From Candidatus Marinacidobacterales bacterium (GTDB lineage Bacteria > Acidobacteriota > Vicinamibacteria > Marinacidobacterales > SMYC01): a stretch of DNA of 64,000 bases. The position numbers were made by a program, and so were the translations under genes. Below, one piece after another: positions 20,197-29,500 of the stretch (positions are counted from its first letter, which is position 1; every line of letters starts with the position of its first letter). The notes below the pieces were generated by a model. That model did not search any database. It was not told where the DNA came from and saw only the letters and a program-made list of their open reading frames with translations. Location: positions 4,928,001 through 4,992,000 of the forward strand of contig OZ250169.1 in assembly GCA_965237955.1 (NCBI GenBank). Reading direction: 5' to 3'.

Positions 20197-20508
20197 ATGG
20201 CCACCACGACGACCACCATCTACGCTCACATCACGAAGGACCCGGAAGTCTGCGGTGGGAAAGCCTGTATCGATGGCACTCGCATCCGCGTGATGGATAT
20301 CGTCGCCCTGGAGCGTGAAGGCTACGTCCCCGAGAAGATGCTCAACGTATTTGCCGTGCCGCTTACTCTGGGCCAAGTGCACGCTGCTCTCGCTTATTAC
20401 TACGATCACCAGGCCGAGATCGAAGCCTCCTTTACCGAGGCGCACGAAAGCGCCATAGAATCCGAGCGGAAACGGGCCGAGTTTCTGAAACGACACTCCC
20501 AACCTTAG
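20197..20508 (+). CDS. DUF433-family antitoxin
   Basis: ITKDPEVCGGKACIDGTRIRVMDI...LTLGQVHAALAYYYDH. Confidence 0.9.
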   Translation: MATTTTTIYAHITKDPEVCGGKACIDGTRIRVMDIVALEREGYVPEKMLNVFAVPLTLGQVHAALAYYYDHQAEIEASFTEAHESAIESERKRAEFLKRHSQP

Positions 20509-22433
20509 GGCCGCCGACAAAATAACTGTCTAGTTTTGAGCACACTCTTCCTGTTTCAGGTCGTGATCGCGATGTCGTCTGGCATCACGAGAGCCTGGCA
20601 AGCTCCCTAGAAACGGAACATTTGTAGATCTTCAGCAACCAGCGCGTGTTTGACAAACGGTCCTCATTTTAGGGAGGATTACGCCTATCAAGGAGCACTT
20701 CTCCTATTATGAGACCTACGAGCTATCAGTCTGAAGATCTCGACCGCCTGTTGAGGAAGCACAAAATAGCTACCCTCGATGATTTGAAGGCAGTGTTGGG
20801 TACCGATGTGGACTCGACCGTCTTCCGAAAGCTCAATGAGTTGGCGTATCGGACAAGCTACTCCCACCGTGGTAGCTACTACACGTTGGACGAGATCGCC
20901 CAGTTCGATCGAAAAGGTCTTTGGTCGTTGCGCTCAGTGTGGTTCTCGAAGTACGGGACGTTGCTTGCGACGGTAAAAGCGTTGGTCGCGGCCTGTGAGG
21001 CAGGCTACTACGTCGACGAGCTCGAGGACGTGGTGCAGGTTGACGTCAAGGCTCCTCTGTTGAAACTGGTCCGAGAGAAAAGATTGGCGCGCGAGCAGGT
21101 GTTCGGCCGATATCTGTATCTGGCCACCGATGTGAGCACGCGCAAGCAACAGCTCTCGGCCCGCCAGGTACATGAGGCGTCACCTTCCACGTTGGGCTGG
21201 GTCGGGGGAGTCCGCGTGCTCCCCGTGGAGTTGAAGGCTGCGATCGTTCTTTTCTACAGCCTGCTCGATGAAAAGCAGCGCCGTCTCTACGCGGGAGTCG
21301 AGGCCATGAAGCTCGGTCACGGTGGCGACCAACAGATTGCCGAACTGCTCGGGATGGATCCGAGCACGGTAGCCAGAGGTCGTAGGGAATTGCTAATGAG
21401 AGATGTTGAGCTCGACGGAGTTCGGCGAAAGGGTGGCGGACGGCGCGCCGTGCAAAAAAAACGCCAGAAGTCATCGCCAAGATCGAAGAACTCATGAAGC
21501 ACGACACCGCGGGCGATCCGATGACGGGAGTGAAATGGACGCGGCGGACCACCGACAAGATTGCTTGCGAGCTAAGAAGCCTCGGTGTGAACGTCAGCAG
21601 CAAAACCGTCGGTCGACTGCTCAAACAGCTCGGCTTCTCGTTGCGGGTGAACCACAAGAAGCTGTGCGGTGCCACGTCCGAAGATCGCGATACCCAATTC
21701 GCGTGTATCGCCGAACTGCGCGAGCGTTTTGCCGCAGCTGGTCATCCCATCATCAGCGTAGACACGAAGAAACGGGAGCTGGTGGGATTATTCAAAAACG
21801 GCGGGCAGGCCTGGAACCGTGAGCCGACTCTCGTCAAAGACCATGACTTCCGTTCCGAATCGAACGGCATCGCAATCCCCTACGGCGTCTACGATCTGCT
21901 CGCGAACCGCGGGACAGTGTTCATTGGTACCTCGTACAACACCCCGGACTTCGCCGTGAATGCCATCGAGAAGTGGTGGCGAACGGAAGGACGGCGACGC
22001 TATCCTGCAGCCCGTGACCTCGCGATATTGGCAGACGCCGGGGGCAGCAATGGCTATCGGTGTCGGGGTTGGAAGCACGGGCTTCAAACGCGGATTTGCA
22101 ATCGCCACGACATCGCTATCACCATAGCCCACTATCCGTCCGGTACATCCAAGTGGAATCCAGTGGAGCACCGTCTGTTCAGCGAGATCAGCAAGAACTG
22201 GGCGGGCAGGCCTCTCGACAGCTACGAAACCATCCTCAAATACATCCGCACGACCACCACCTCTTCCGGTTTGCGAGTACGCGCACACCTTATCCGGCGT
22301 CGTTATCCGAAGGGCGTCAAAATCACTGACGAGCGGATGCAGGCGCTTTCCGTTACAAAGGACCAGACTCTACCCAAATGGAACTACACCATCCGACCGT
22401 CTTGAAAACGGGAACTTATTTTGTCGCCGGCCC
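20508..22433 (+). mobile_element. ISAzo13-family insertion sequence (1926 bp)
   Basis: 18-bp IRs GGGCCG(C/G)CGACAAAATAA (17/18 match); 3-bp DR TTA (20505-20507, 22434-22436). Confidence 0.9.
20709..22405 (+). CDS. ISAzo13 transposase in two ORFs (20709-21497, 21494-22405), probably joined by a -1 frameshift
   Basis: LDEKQRRLYAG..A..LGHGG HTH; A8 run at 21454-21461 would give KKTPEVIAKIEELMKHDTAGDP; ISVDTKKRE, ADAGGSN, SKWNPVEHRLF. Confidence 0.88.
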
Positions 22434-22436
22434 TTA

Positions 22437-22793
22437 GTGCCTCGGTTCCCGCTCTTTACAGACAACCACGTCCGGCAACAGCTCATTGACGGGCTTGTGC
22501 AACGAGGCTGGGATGTTCAAAGAGCCATTGACGTCTTTCCTGAAGGGACCCTCGACTCCGTCCTCTTCCCGTACGCCGCTGAACAGGAACGGGTCTTCGT
22601 CACCAATGACAACCGGATAGCAGCGACCGGTGAGCAATGGCTCGCGGAAGGTAAAACGTTCACGGGGCTCATCGTTTGGGAGCTGGATCATCATCGCCGC
22701 TTGAGTGAAGGCTGGTTCATCCAGAAGTTCGAAGCGCTCGCAGTGGAAGACGCCCCTTTCCTTTATCCCATCCGACACCTCAGCCCGGACTAA
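22437..22793 (+). CDS. DUF5615 PIN-like toxin (partner of DUF433)
   Basis: LFTDNHV...L...GWDV...G..D...YA.EQERVFVTND; its GTG overlapped the antitoxin stop (TAGTG) before the IS inserted. Confidence 0.8.
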   Translation: MPRFPLFTDNHVRQQLIDGLVQRGWDVQRAIDVFPEGTLDSVLFPYAAEQERVFVTNDNRIAATGEQWLAEGKTFTGLIVWELDHHRRLSEGWFIQKFEALAVEDAPFLYPIRHLSPD

Positions 22794-22795
22794 CG

Positions 22796-22924
22796 CAAGC
22801 AAACTTCATCCATCGGGAGACGGGCGAGCGCCGCCGACACTTCCTCCACGAGACAGTCCTGCAACGCGCCGTCCGTCGAGCCGTGCTCGCGTCACGAATT
22901 GGCAAGCCCGCGAGTTGTCACACG
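22796..22924 (+). pseudogene. Internal fragment of an integron integrase (IntI-type tyrosine recombinase)
   Basis: Own translation: FIHRETGERRRHFLHETVLQRAVRRAVLASRIGKPASCHT, i.e. the IntI-specific insertion up to the start of box II (HTLRH). Confidence 0.75.
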
Positions 22925-22994
22925 CGGGTGTCACGTTGATCGACGGCACTGGCGCTCCACCTAAGAAAGAGCGCTTGGATCCTCAAAAATCTTC

Positions 22995-23040
22995 TTGATC
23001 TCCGGCTCGCTTATACGTATGATTAAAACGAACGTTTGAA
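22995..23040 (+). promoter_or_regulatory. sigma70 promoter with an adjacent palindromic TetR-type operator
   Basis: TTGATC (22995-23000), 17 nt, TATGAT (23018-23023); imperfect palindrome TTAAAACG-AA-CGTTTGAA (23023-23040). Confidence 0.6.
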
Positions 23041-23057
23041 TGAGGCTAGGCTGATCC

Positions 23058-23678
23058 GTGAGTACGAAAGAAAAGATTTTGGATGCGGCCGAGGAGCTGT
23101 TCGCGGACCAAGGGTTTGCGTCGACGTCGCTGCGGGATATCACCACCGAAGCGGACGTCAACCTCGCTGCCGTGAACTATCACTTCGGCTCGAAACTCGA
23201 CTTGCTCAGGGCTGTCTTCGCTCGACGGTTCGGGCCAGTGAATGCGGAGCGGCTCGAACGGTTGGATTCGCTCGACGATCCGGATGTCGAAGAGTTGTTA
23301 CGTGCGTTCTTCGCTCCGCTGTTCAAGCGTTTGCGCGAGCCTGGAAACGGCTGGGCAAAGTTCATGCAACTCGTGGGCCGCACGCACTCGGACACCAACG
23401 ACGAGATCCGTGCTTGCCTGCTCGAGCAAGTCCAGGTCATCGCCAAACGCTTTACCGAAGCACTCGAGGCGGCGCTTCCCGAGCTACCTCCCGACGTCTT
23501 CAGCTCGCGATTTCACTTCGTCGTAGGGGCCATGGCGCACACGTTCGCTTTCTGCCGGCACGAAGATATGCCACTCGTCCACGCCCTACCGGAGCCCGAC
23601 GCGATTCTGGAGAACCTGGTCGATTTTGCCGTCGCCGGTTTGCGAGCCCCGGTGAGAAGCGTCATATCTCAAGGGTAA
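23058..23678 (+). CDS. TetR/AcrR family transcriptional regulator
   Basis: TKEKILDAAEELFADQGFASTSLRDIT..ADVNLAAVNYHFGSK. Confidence 0.93.
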   Translation: MSTKEKILDAAEELFADQGFASTSLRDITTEADVNLAAVNYHFGSKLDLLRAVFARRFGPVNAERLERLDSLDDPDVEELLRAFFAPLFKRLREPGNGWAKFMQLVGRTHSDTNDEIRACLLEQVQVIAKRFTEALEAALPELPPDVFSSRFHFVVGAMAHTFAFCRHEDMPLVHALPEPDAILENLVDFAVAGLRAPVRSVISQG

Positions 23679-23680
23679 CG

Positions 23681-25102
23681 ATGAACACTCGCTGGCTACT
23701 ACCCCGGTCGCTCTTGTTACTCATTGCCGGCTGCGTCAAAGCGCCGCCGATCGAAACGCCCGAGCTTCCCGTGCAGGCACCCGAAGTGTGGACCACGGGA
23801 GAGGAAGTTTCGTCGGAGCTCGATCCGGAGTGGTGGAGAACGTTCGGCGACGAAAAGCTCGACAGCGTCGTCGCCGAAGCGCTCGCAACCAACTACGACC
23901 TTGCCATCGCGGCGGCGCGCCTCGAGCAAGCGTCGGCCGACGCGAAGGTAGCCGCGGCCGATTTGTACCCGCAGGTTCGTGCGAACCTGAGCGGTGCGAG
24001 ACGCAAGCAGAACTTCATCGGGTTTCCCATCCCGGGAAGCGAGGGCCGAGTCCTTTCGTCGACGTCGACCAACCTCGGCTTTAGCATCGAGGCGAGCTGG
24101 GAGATCGATCTTTTGGGGCGCTTGTCCGCTCAGGCGCGCGCGTCACTCGCGAGCTATCAGGCGAGCGCCGCCGACGTGGACGGTGCGCGTTTGTCCATTG
24201 CCGGACGGACGGTCAAAGCGTGGTTTGCCGCGGCGGAAGCCGTCGAGCAGCTTCGTCTGGCGGACGCGACCCTCGCGAGCTTCCAGGAATCGACAGATCA
24301 GGTTCGCCAGCGCTACGAGGCGGGGATTCGTCCGTCGCTCGATTACCGGTTATCGCTCGCGAACCTTGCCGCCGCCAAGGCCAACCTGTTCAATCGGCAA
24401 CAGCAACTCGACCTTGCAAAGCGTCAGCTAGAAGTTCTGCTCGGACGCTATCCCGGTGCGGAGATCCAAACGCCCGCGGCCCTCGGCGCCACGCCGCCCG
24501 AGATTCCGCCGGGCCTGCCCGCGGAGCTCGTGGCACGGCGACCTGATCTCGCAGCGGCGGAGAGACGCCTCGTTGCTTCGGGCGAGCTCGTCTCTCTCTC
24601 GCGTCGTGCCCGCTATCCGAGAATAACCCTCACCACCGCCGCTGGAACCGCCACCGCCGCGCTCACGAGTCTACTCGACGGCAACTTCGGTGTGTGGAGC
24701 CTCGTTGGGAATCTCGTGCAACCCATCTTCGAGGGCGGTCGGATTCGAGCCAACATCGAACGTGCCGAGGCTTCAGAGGACGAGCGGCTGGCCGTCTACA
24801 TCAACGCGGTTCTGACCGCGTATCTCGAAGTCGAGCGTGCCCTCGCGGCCGAGGCGTTCCTGGCCGAGCGAGAGACGGCGCTGGCGGAAGCTTCGGGGCA
24901 GTCCACCGCGGCCGAGCGGCTCGCGGACGATCGCTATCGCTCCGGTCTCGAAGGCTACGTCACGGTTCTGGAATCCCAGCGGCGCTCCTTCGATGCCGAA
25001 AGTGCTCTCATTTCCGTCCGCCGCGTCCGATTGGACAACCGCGTCGACCTCTACCTGTCGCTGGGCGGCGGGTTTGACCGCTACCAGGATCCGAACAGGT
25101 GA
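23681..25102 (+). CDS. RND efflux outer-membrane factor lipoprotein (NodT/OprM family)
   Basis: Lipobox LLIAGC; WWRTFGD, ASWEIDLLG, PAELVARRPDLAAAE, LYLSLGGG. Confidence 0.92.
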   Translation: MNTRWLLPRSLLLLIAGCVKAPPIETPELPVQAPEVWTTGEEVSSELDPEWWRTFGDEKLDSVVAEALATNYDLAIAAARLEQASADAKVAAADLYPQVRANLSGARRKQNFIGFPIPGSEGRVLSSTSTNLGFSIEASWEIDLLGRLSAQARASLASYQASAADVDGARLSIAGRTVKAWFAAAEAVEQLRLADATLASFQESTDQVRQRYEAGIRPSLDYRLSLANLAAAKANLFNRQQQLDLAKRQLEVLLGRYPGAEIQTPAALGATPPEIPPGLPAELVARRPDLAAAERRLVASGELVSLSRRARYPRITLTTAAGTATAALTSLLDGNFGVWSLVGNLVQPIFEGGRIRANIERAEASEDERLAVYINAVLTAYLEVERALAAEAFLAERETALAEASGQSTAAERLADDRYRSGLEGYVTVLESQRRSFDAESALISVRRVRLDNRVDLYLSLGGGFDRYQDPNR

Positions 25103-26301
25103 CCTCCATGGCTATTGAGAAACGGAAGATTCTCTGGACCGTCATCGCACCTGCGGCGGTCTTGTTCATGGGAATCGTCGTTGCGTTCACGATGATTGCG
25201 CTCAAACCGGACGTAGAGACGCGCGCTCCCGTCGTAACACAACCGCTCGTGCGTGTGGCCACGGTGAAGCTCGAAAGCCGGCGACTGACGGTCGAAAGCC
25301 AGGGGACGGTGAGCCCGCGCACCGAGAGCCAGCTCGTTCCGGAAGTGTCGGGTCAGGTGATCTGGGTCTCGGATTCGTTCGCGTCCGGAGGTTTTTTCGA
25401 GAAGGGTGAAGTGCTCGTCAAGATCGATCCCTTCGACTACGACCAGGCACTGGTTACGGCGAAATCCGAGCTCGCTCGCACCAAGCTGCGCCTCGCCCAG
25501 GAAGAGGCCGAAGCCCGCGTCGCGCGGGAAGAGTGGGAGGAGCTGGGCCGTGGCGACGGCACGCCGCTCACGCTTCGTGAGCCCCATCTCGCGGACGCAC
25601 ACGCTGCGGTGGACGCCGGCGCCGCGAACGTCGAGCGCGCCGCGCGAAACGGTGAGCGAACCGTGATTCGAGCGCCCTACGCGGGCCGAATCCGACAGGA
25701 GAGTGTGGACGTCGGGCAGTTCGTTACCATCGGAGCTCCGATCGCGACGATCTACTCCGTCGACGCGGCCGAAGTGAGGCTTCCGCTTCCGGACGACGAT
25801 CTGGCTTTCGTCGATTTGCCGATGACGTATCGCGGCGGGGGCGAGGCGCGTGTCCAGCCACCCGTGGTGTTGTCGACCACGTTCGCGGGCGAGCGACACG
25901 AATGGCGGGGTCGCATCGTCCGCACCGAAGGGGAGATCGACCCCGCGACGCGCATGATCCACGCGGTCGCTCGTGTCGACGATCCTTACGCACCAGGCGA
26001 CAACCCCAGGCGCCCACCGCTCAACGCCGGCATGTTCGTCCACGCCGAGATCGAAGGCCGGCAAGTCGAGGACGTCACCGTGTTGCCCCGCGCGGCGCTC
26101 AGGGCCGGAAGCCGCATGTGGGTCGTCGACGCGGATAGCAGGCTGCGCTACCGCGACGTCGTCGTCCTCCGAGCCACCGAGAGCGAAGTCATCGTTTCCG
26201 AGGGTTTGCACGATGGTGAGCTCGTGGTGTTGTCGCCACTCGATGCAACCACGGATGGCATGACGGTACGGATTTCCGACGAGGAAGGGAAGTCGCTATG
26301 A
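25099..26301 (+). CDS. RND efflux periplasmic adaptor subunit
   Basis: N-terminal TM; PEVSGQV, GEVLVKID, IRAPYAGRI, IDPATR. Confidence 0.92.
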   Translation: MTSMAIEKRKILWTVIAPAAVLFMGIVVAFTMIALKPDVETRAPVVTQPLVRVATVKLESRRLTVESQGTVSPRTESQLVPEVSGQVIWVSDSFASGGFFEKGEVLVKIDPFDYDQALVTAKSELARTKLRLAQEEAEARVAREEWEELGRGDGTPLTLREPHLADAHAAVDAGAANVERAARNGERTVIRAPYAGRIRQESVDVGQFVTIGAPIATIYSVDAAEVRLPLPDDDLAFVDLPMTYRGGGEARVQPPVVLSTTFAGERHEWRGRIVRTEGEIDPATRMIHAVARVDDPYAPGDNPRRPPLNAGMFVHAEIEGRQVEDVTVLPRAALRAGSRMWVVDADSRLRYRDVVVLRATESEVIVSEGLHDGELVVLSPLDATTDGMTVRISDEEGKSL

Positions 26302-29300
26302 ACGGTGCCATCGAGTGGTTCGCGAAAAACCCGGTCGCGGCGAACCTCTTCATGGTGCTCATCCTCGCGGGAGGCCTGATGAGCACCGTCACCACCAAAC
26401 GTGAAGTCTTTCCCGAGATCAACATGGACCTCATTTCCGTCGAAGTTCGCTATCTCGGTGCGGCTCCCGAAGAAGTCGAAGAGGGTGTTTCCGTCCGTAT
26501 CGAGGAAGCGATCCAGGGGATCGATGGCGTCAAGCGGATTACCTCCACGTCGGCCGAAGGCATGGGCCAGGTTGTGGCGGAGCTCGACATCGGTGCCGAC
26601 TCGAGCCGTGTTGCCGACGAAGTGAAATCCCGCGTCGATGCGATCGAGACCTTTCCCTCGGAGACAGAAAAGCCCATCATTCGTGAGATCACGAACGAGC
26701 ATCAGGTCATCAACGTGGCGGTGTCGGGGCCGGCGGACGAAACGACTCTGAAGCGTCTGGGTGAGCGCGTCCGGGACGAGATCTCGGCGCTCGAAGGCAT
26801 TACGCTGGTGGAGCTCCAGAACGCACGGCCGTACGAGATCTCGATCGAGGTTTCCGAGGAAGCGTTGAGACGGCATGGCCTGACGTTCGATCAGATCGCG
26901 CGCGCGGTACGGATGTCGTCGCTCGATTTGCCCGGAGGCTCGGTCAAGACCGCAGGCGGGGAGGTTCTCCTCCGGACCAAAGGACAGGCTTACGTCGGAC
27001 GCGAGTACGAAGAGCTCGTTCTGCTGACCCGCCGGAACGGAACCCGGATCAAGCTCGGCGACGTCGCCACGGTTGTCGATGGCTTTGCCGAGACCGATCA
27101 GAAAGCCCGGTTCGACGGTGAGCCTTCCGTTTTCGTGGAGGTTCACCGCTCGTCCGACCAGAGCGTGCTCGAGCTCGTGGACACGGTGCACGCCTACGTG
27201 AGAGAGGCGCAAGCGCGGATGCCCGAGGGCATCTCGCTCACGATCTGGCAAGATCAGTCGAAAACGCTTCGGGATCGCTTGAGCCTTTTGCTGCGAAACG
27301 GTGCCGGCGGGCTCGTCCTCGTCTTCATCAGCCTGGCGTTGTTTCTGCGTTTCCGTCTCGCCTTTTGGGTGAGCATGGGTATCCCAATATCGTTTCTGGG
27401 CGCGATGTGGGTCATTCCCAACTTCGATGTCTCGATCAATTTGATGTCGCTGTTTGCTTTTATCGTCGTGTTGGGGATTGTCGTCGACGATGCCATCGTT
27501 GTCGGCGAGAATATCTACACGCATCAGCAGCAGCACGGTCTGGGACTCAAGGGGGCCATTGACGGTGCGAAAGAAGTGGCCGTGCCGGTCACGTTCGGCG
27601 TCCTGACCACGGTCGCCGCTTTCGCTCCCATGCTCTCCGCCGAGGGTGTGATGGGCAAGTTCATGCGGGTGCTTCCGCTCATCGTGATCCCGTGCCTGCT
27701 GTTCTCGTTTATCGAGTCGAAGTTCATCTTGCCGTCGCACCTTTCCCATATCGGGACAAAGGAGCTCCTCGGCGAGAAAGGGCCGTGGCAAGGGTTTCAA
27801 GAGCGTTTCTCCGGCGGCCTCAGCTGGTTCGCGCACAACGTGTACGCGCCTGTTCTCGAGCACGCGTTGCGGTTTCGGTACCTGACGGTCTCAATGGCAA
27901 TGGCGCTTTTGATCGTGACGCTCGGGATGGTGGGCGCGGGCTGGGTGAGTTTCGACTTCTTGCCGGCGGTAGAGGCCGACCATGTCGCGTCCACGTTGAC
28001 GATGCCGCAGGGAACTCCCGTGGACGTCACGTCGACGGCGGTCGAGCGATTGGAGAACGCCGCGGTAGAGCTCAGCCGTCAGCTCGAAGAGCAAACCGGT
28101 CAACCCATCTTTCGACATATCTCGGCTTCCGTGGGTGACCAGCCCTATACCGCGGCGCAGAGCCAACGGTTCGGCTTTGGCGCGGCCGCGTCCGGGTCCC
28201 ACCTCGGCGAGGTTACGATCGAGCTGACTCCTGCGGAGGCGCGGGGAGGGATCGGAAGCGAGGAGCTCGCCAGACGGTGGGAAGAGATCGCGGGCGCGAT
28301 ACCGGACGCGGTCGAGCTCAAGTTCACCGCCTCGATGTTCTCGACCGGCGAGGACGTCAACGTCGAGCTTACTGGTTCCAGTCTGGACAATTTGAGGATG
28401 GCGGCCGAGGAGATCAAGGCACGGCTTCGCGAGTATCCAGGGGTGTCTCAGATCACCGACACGTTCCGTACCGGTAAGCGCGAGATCAAGCTCGACATCA
28501 AGCCCGAGGCCGAGCTCCTCGGGCTCACGTTGAACGACCTCGGATGGCAAGTTCGTCAAGCTTTCTACGGCGAGGAGGCGCAGCGTATTCAACGCGGTCG
28601 AGACGATATTCGCGTCATGGTGCGCTACCCCTACGAAGAGCGGACGTCGCTCGGTAATCTCGAGAACATGCGTATCCGCACCCCCTCGGGTTACGAGGTT
28701 CCGTTCAGCCAGGTCGCGATTCTCGACGAGGGCCGGGGGAATTCGTCCATCCGCCGCGTCGACCGCAAGCGCGCGGTTAGTGTTACCGCCGATGTGGACG
28801 CGAACGTCGTGGCTACCGGAGACGTCATCGCCGACCTGAGAGACAGAATCGTTCCCGAGATCCTGGCCGACTATCCGGGCGTCTATTTCTCGTTCGAAGG
28901 TCAGGCGGCAGAGCAGCGCAACTCGATTGAGGGGTTGCAACGCGGGTTCGTGGTCGCGCTACTGGTGATCTTCACGCTCCTGGCGATACCCCTGAAATCC
29001 TACATCCAGCCGCTCATCATCATGACCGCGATACCGTTCGGCGTGGTGGGTGCGATCTGGGGACACGTCTTCATGGGCATCAACTTGACGATCTTGTCGA
29101 TGTTCGGCCTGGTTGCGCTAACCGGCGTCGTCGTCAACGACAGCCTGGTGTTGGTGGATTTCGTCAACCGTAAACGTCGAGCCGAACTTTCCCTCGGCGC
29201 GGCCGTGCGTGAGGCGGGACGGGCACGCTTCCGTCCGATCCTGCTGACGTCGATGACAACGTTCCTAGGGCTTACGCCGCTGCTGATGGAAAAGAGCCTT

Positions 29301-29489
29301 CAGGCGCAGTTTTTGATCCCGATGGCGGTGTCCCTGGCTTTCGGGGTGCTGTTCGCGACGTTTATTTCCCTGCTGATCGTGCCGGCGGTGTATCTCATCA
29401 TCGCCGACATCACGAGCGCGATCGCGATGATACAGGGTGAGCGCGAGCCGGTGGAACATGAAGGATTTGATGAGACGATTGTTAGTTAG
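26298..29489 (+). CDS. RND efflux permease (AcrB-like)
   Basis: NPVAANL, GIVVDDAIVVGEN, GVVVNDSLVL, RFRPILLTS. Confidence 0.95.
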   Translation: MNGAIEWFAKNPVAANLFMVLILAGGLMSTVTTKREVFPEINMDLISVEVRYLGAAPEEVEEGVSVRIEEAIQGIDGVKRITSTSAEGMGQVVAELDIGADSSRVADEVKSRVDAIETFPSETEKPIIREITNEHQVINVAVSGPADETTLKRLGERVRDEISALEGITLVELQNARPYEISIEVSEEALRRHGLTFDQIARAVRMSSLDLPGGSVKTAGGEVLLRTKGQAYVGREYEELVLLTRRNGTRIKLGDVATVVDGFAETDQKARFDGEPSVFVEVHRSSDQSVLELVDTVHAYVREAQARMPEGISLTIWQDQSKTLRDRLSLLLRNGAGGLVLVFISLALFLRFRLAFWVSMGIPISFLGAMWVIPNFDVSINLMSLFAFIVVLGIVVDDAIVVGENIYTHQQQHGLGLKGAIDGAKEVAVPVTFGVLTTVAAFAPMLSAEGVMGKFMRVLPLIVIPCLLFSFIESKFILPSHLSHIGTKELLGEKGPWQGFQERFSGGLSWFAHNVYAPVLEHALRFRYLTVSMAMALLIVTLGMVGAGWVSFDFLPAVEADHVASTLTMPQGTPVDVTSTAVERLENAAVELSRQLEEQTGQPIFRHISASVGDQPYTAAQSQRFGFGAAASGSHLGEVTIELTPAEARGGIGSEELARRWEEIAGAIPDAVELKFTASMFSTGEDVNVELTGSSLDNLRMAAEEIKARLREYPGVSQITDTFRTGKREIKLDIKPEAELLGLTLNDLGWQVRQAFYGEEAQRIQRGRDDIRVMVRYPYEERTSLGNLENMRIRTPSGYEVPFSQVAILDEGRGNSSIRRVDRKRAVSVTADVDANVVATGDVIADLRDRIVPEILADYPGVYFSFEGQAAEQRNSIEGLQRGFVVALLVIFTLLAIPLKSYIQPLIIMTAIPFGVVGAIWGHVFMGINLTILSMFGLVALTGVVVNDSLVLVDFVNRKRRAELSLGAAVREAGRARFRPILLTSMTTFLGLTPLLMEKSLQAQFLIPMAVSLAFGVLFATFISLLIVPAVYLIIADITSAIAMIQGEREPVEHEGFDETIVS

Positions 29490-29500
29490 TTAGCTAGCTA

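Noticed and set aside
19840-20508. 222-aa ORF as a novel DUF433 fusion
   Set aside because: The upstream part belongs to a decayed gene fragment; DUF433 has its own ATG at 20197.
23036-25102. 688-aa ORF spanning TetR and the OMF
   Set aside because: The first 215 codons overlap TetR out of frame; the lipoprotein signal starts at ATG 23681.
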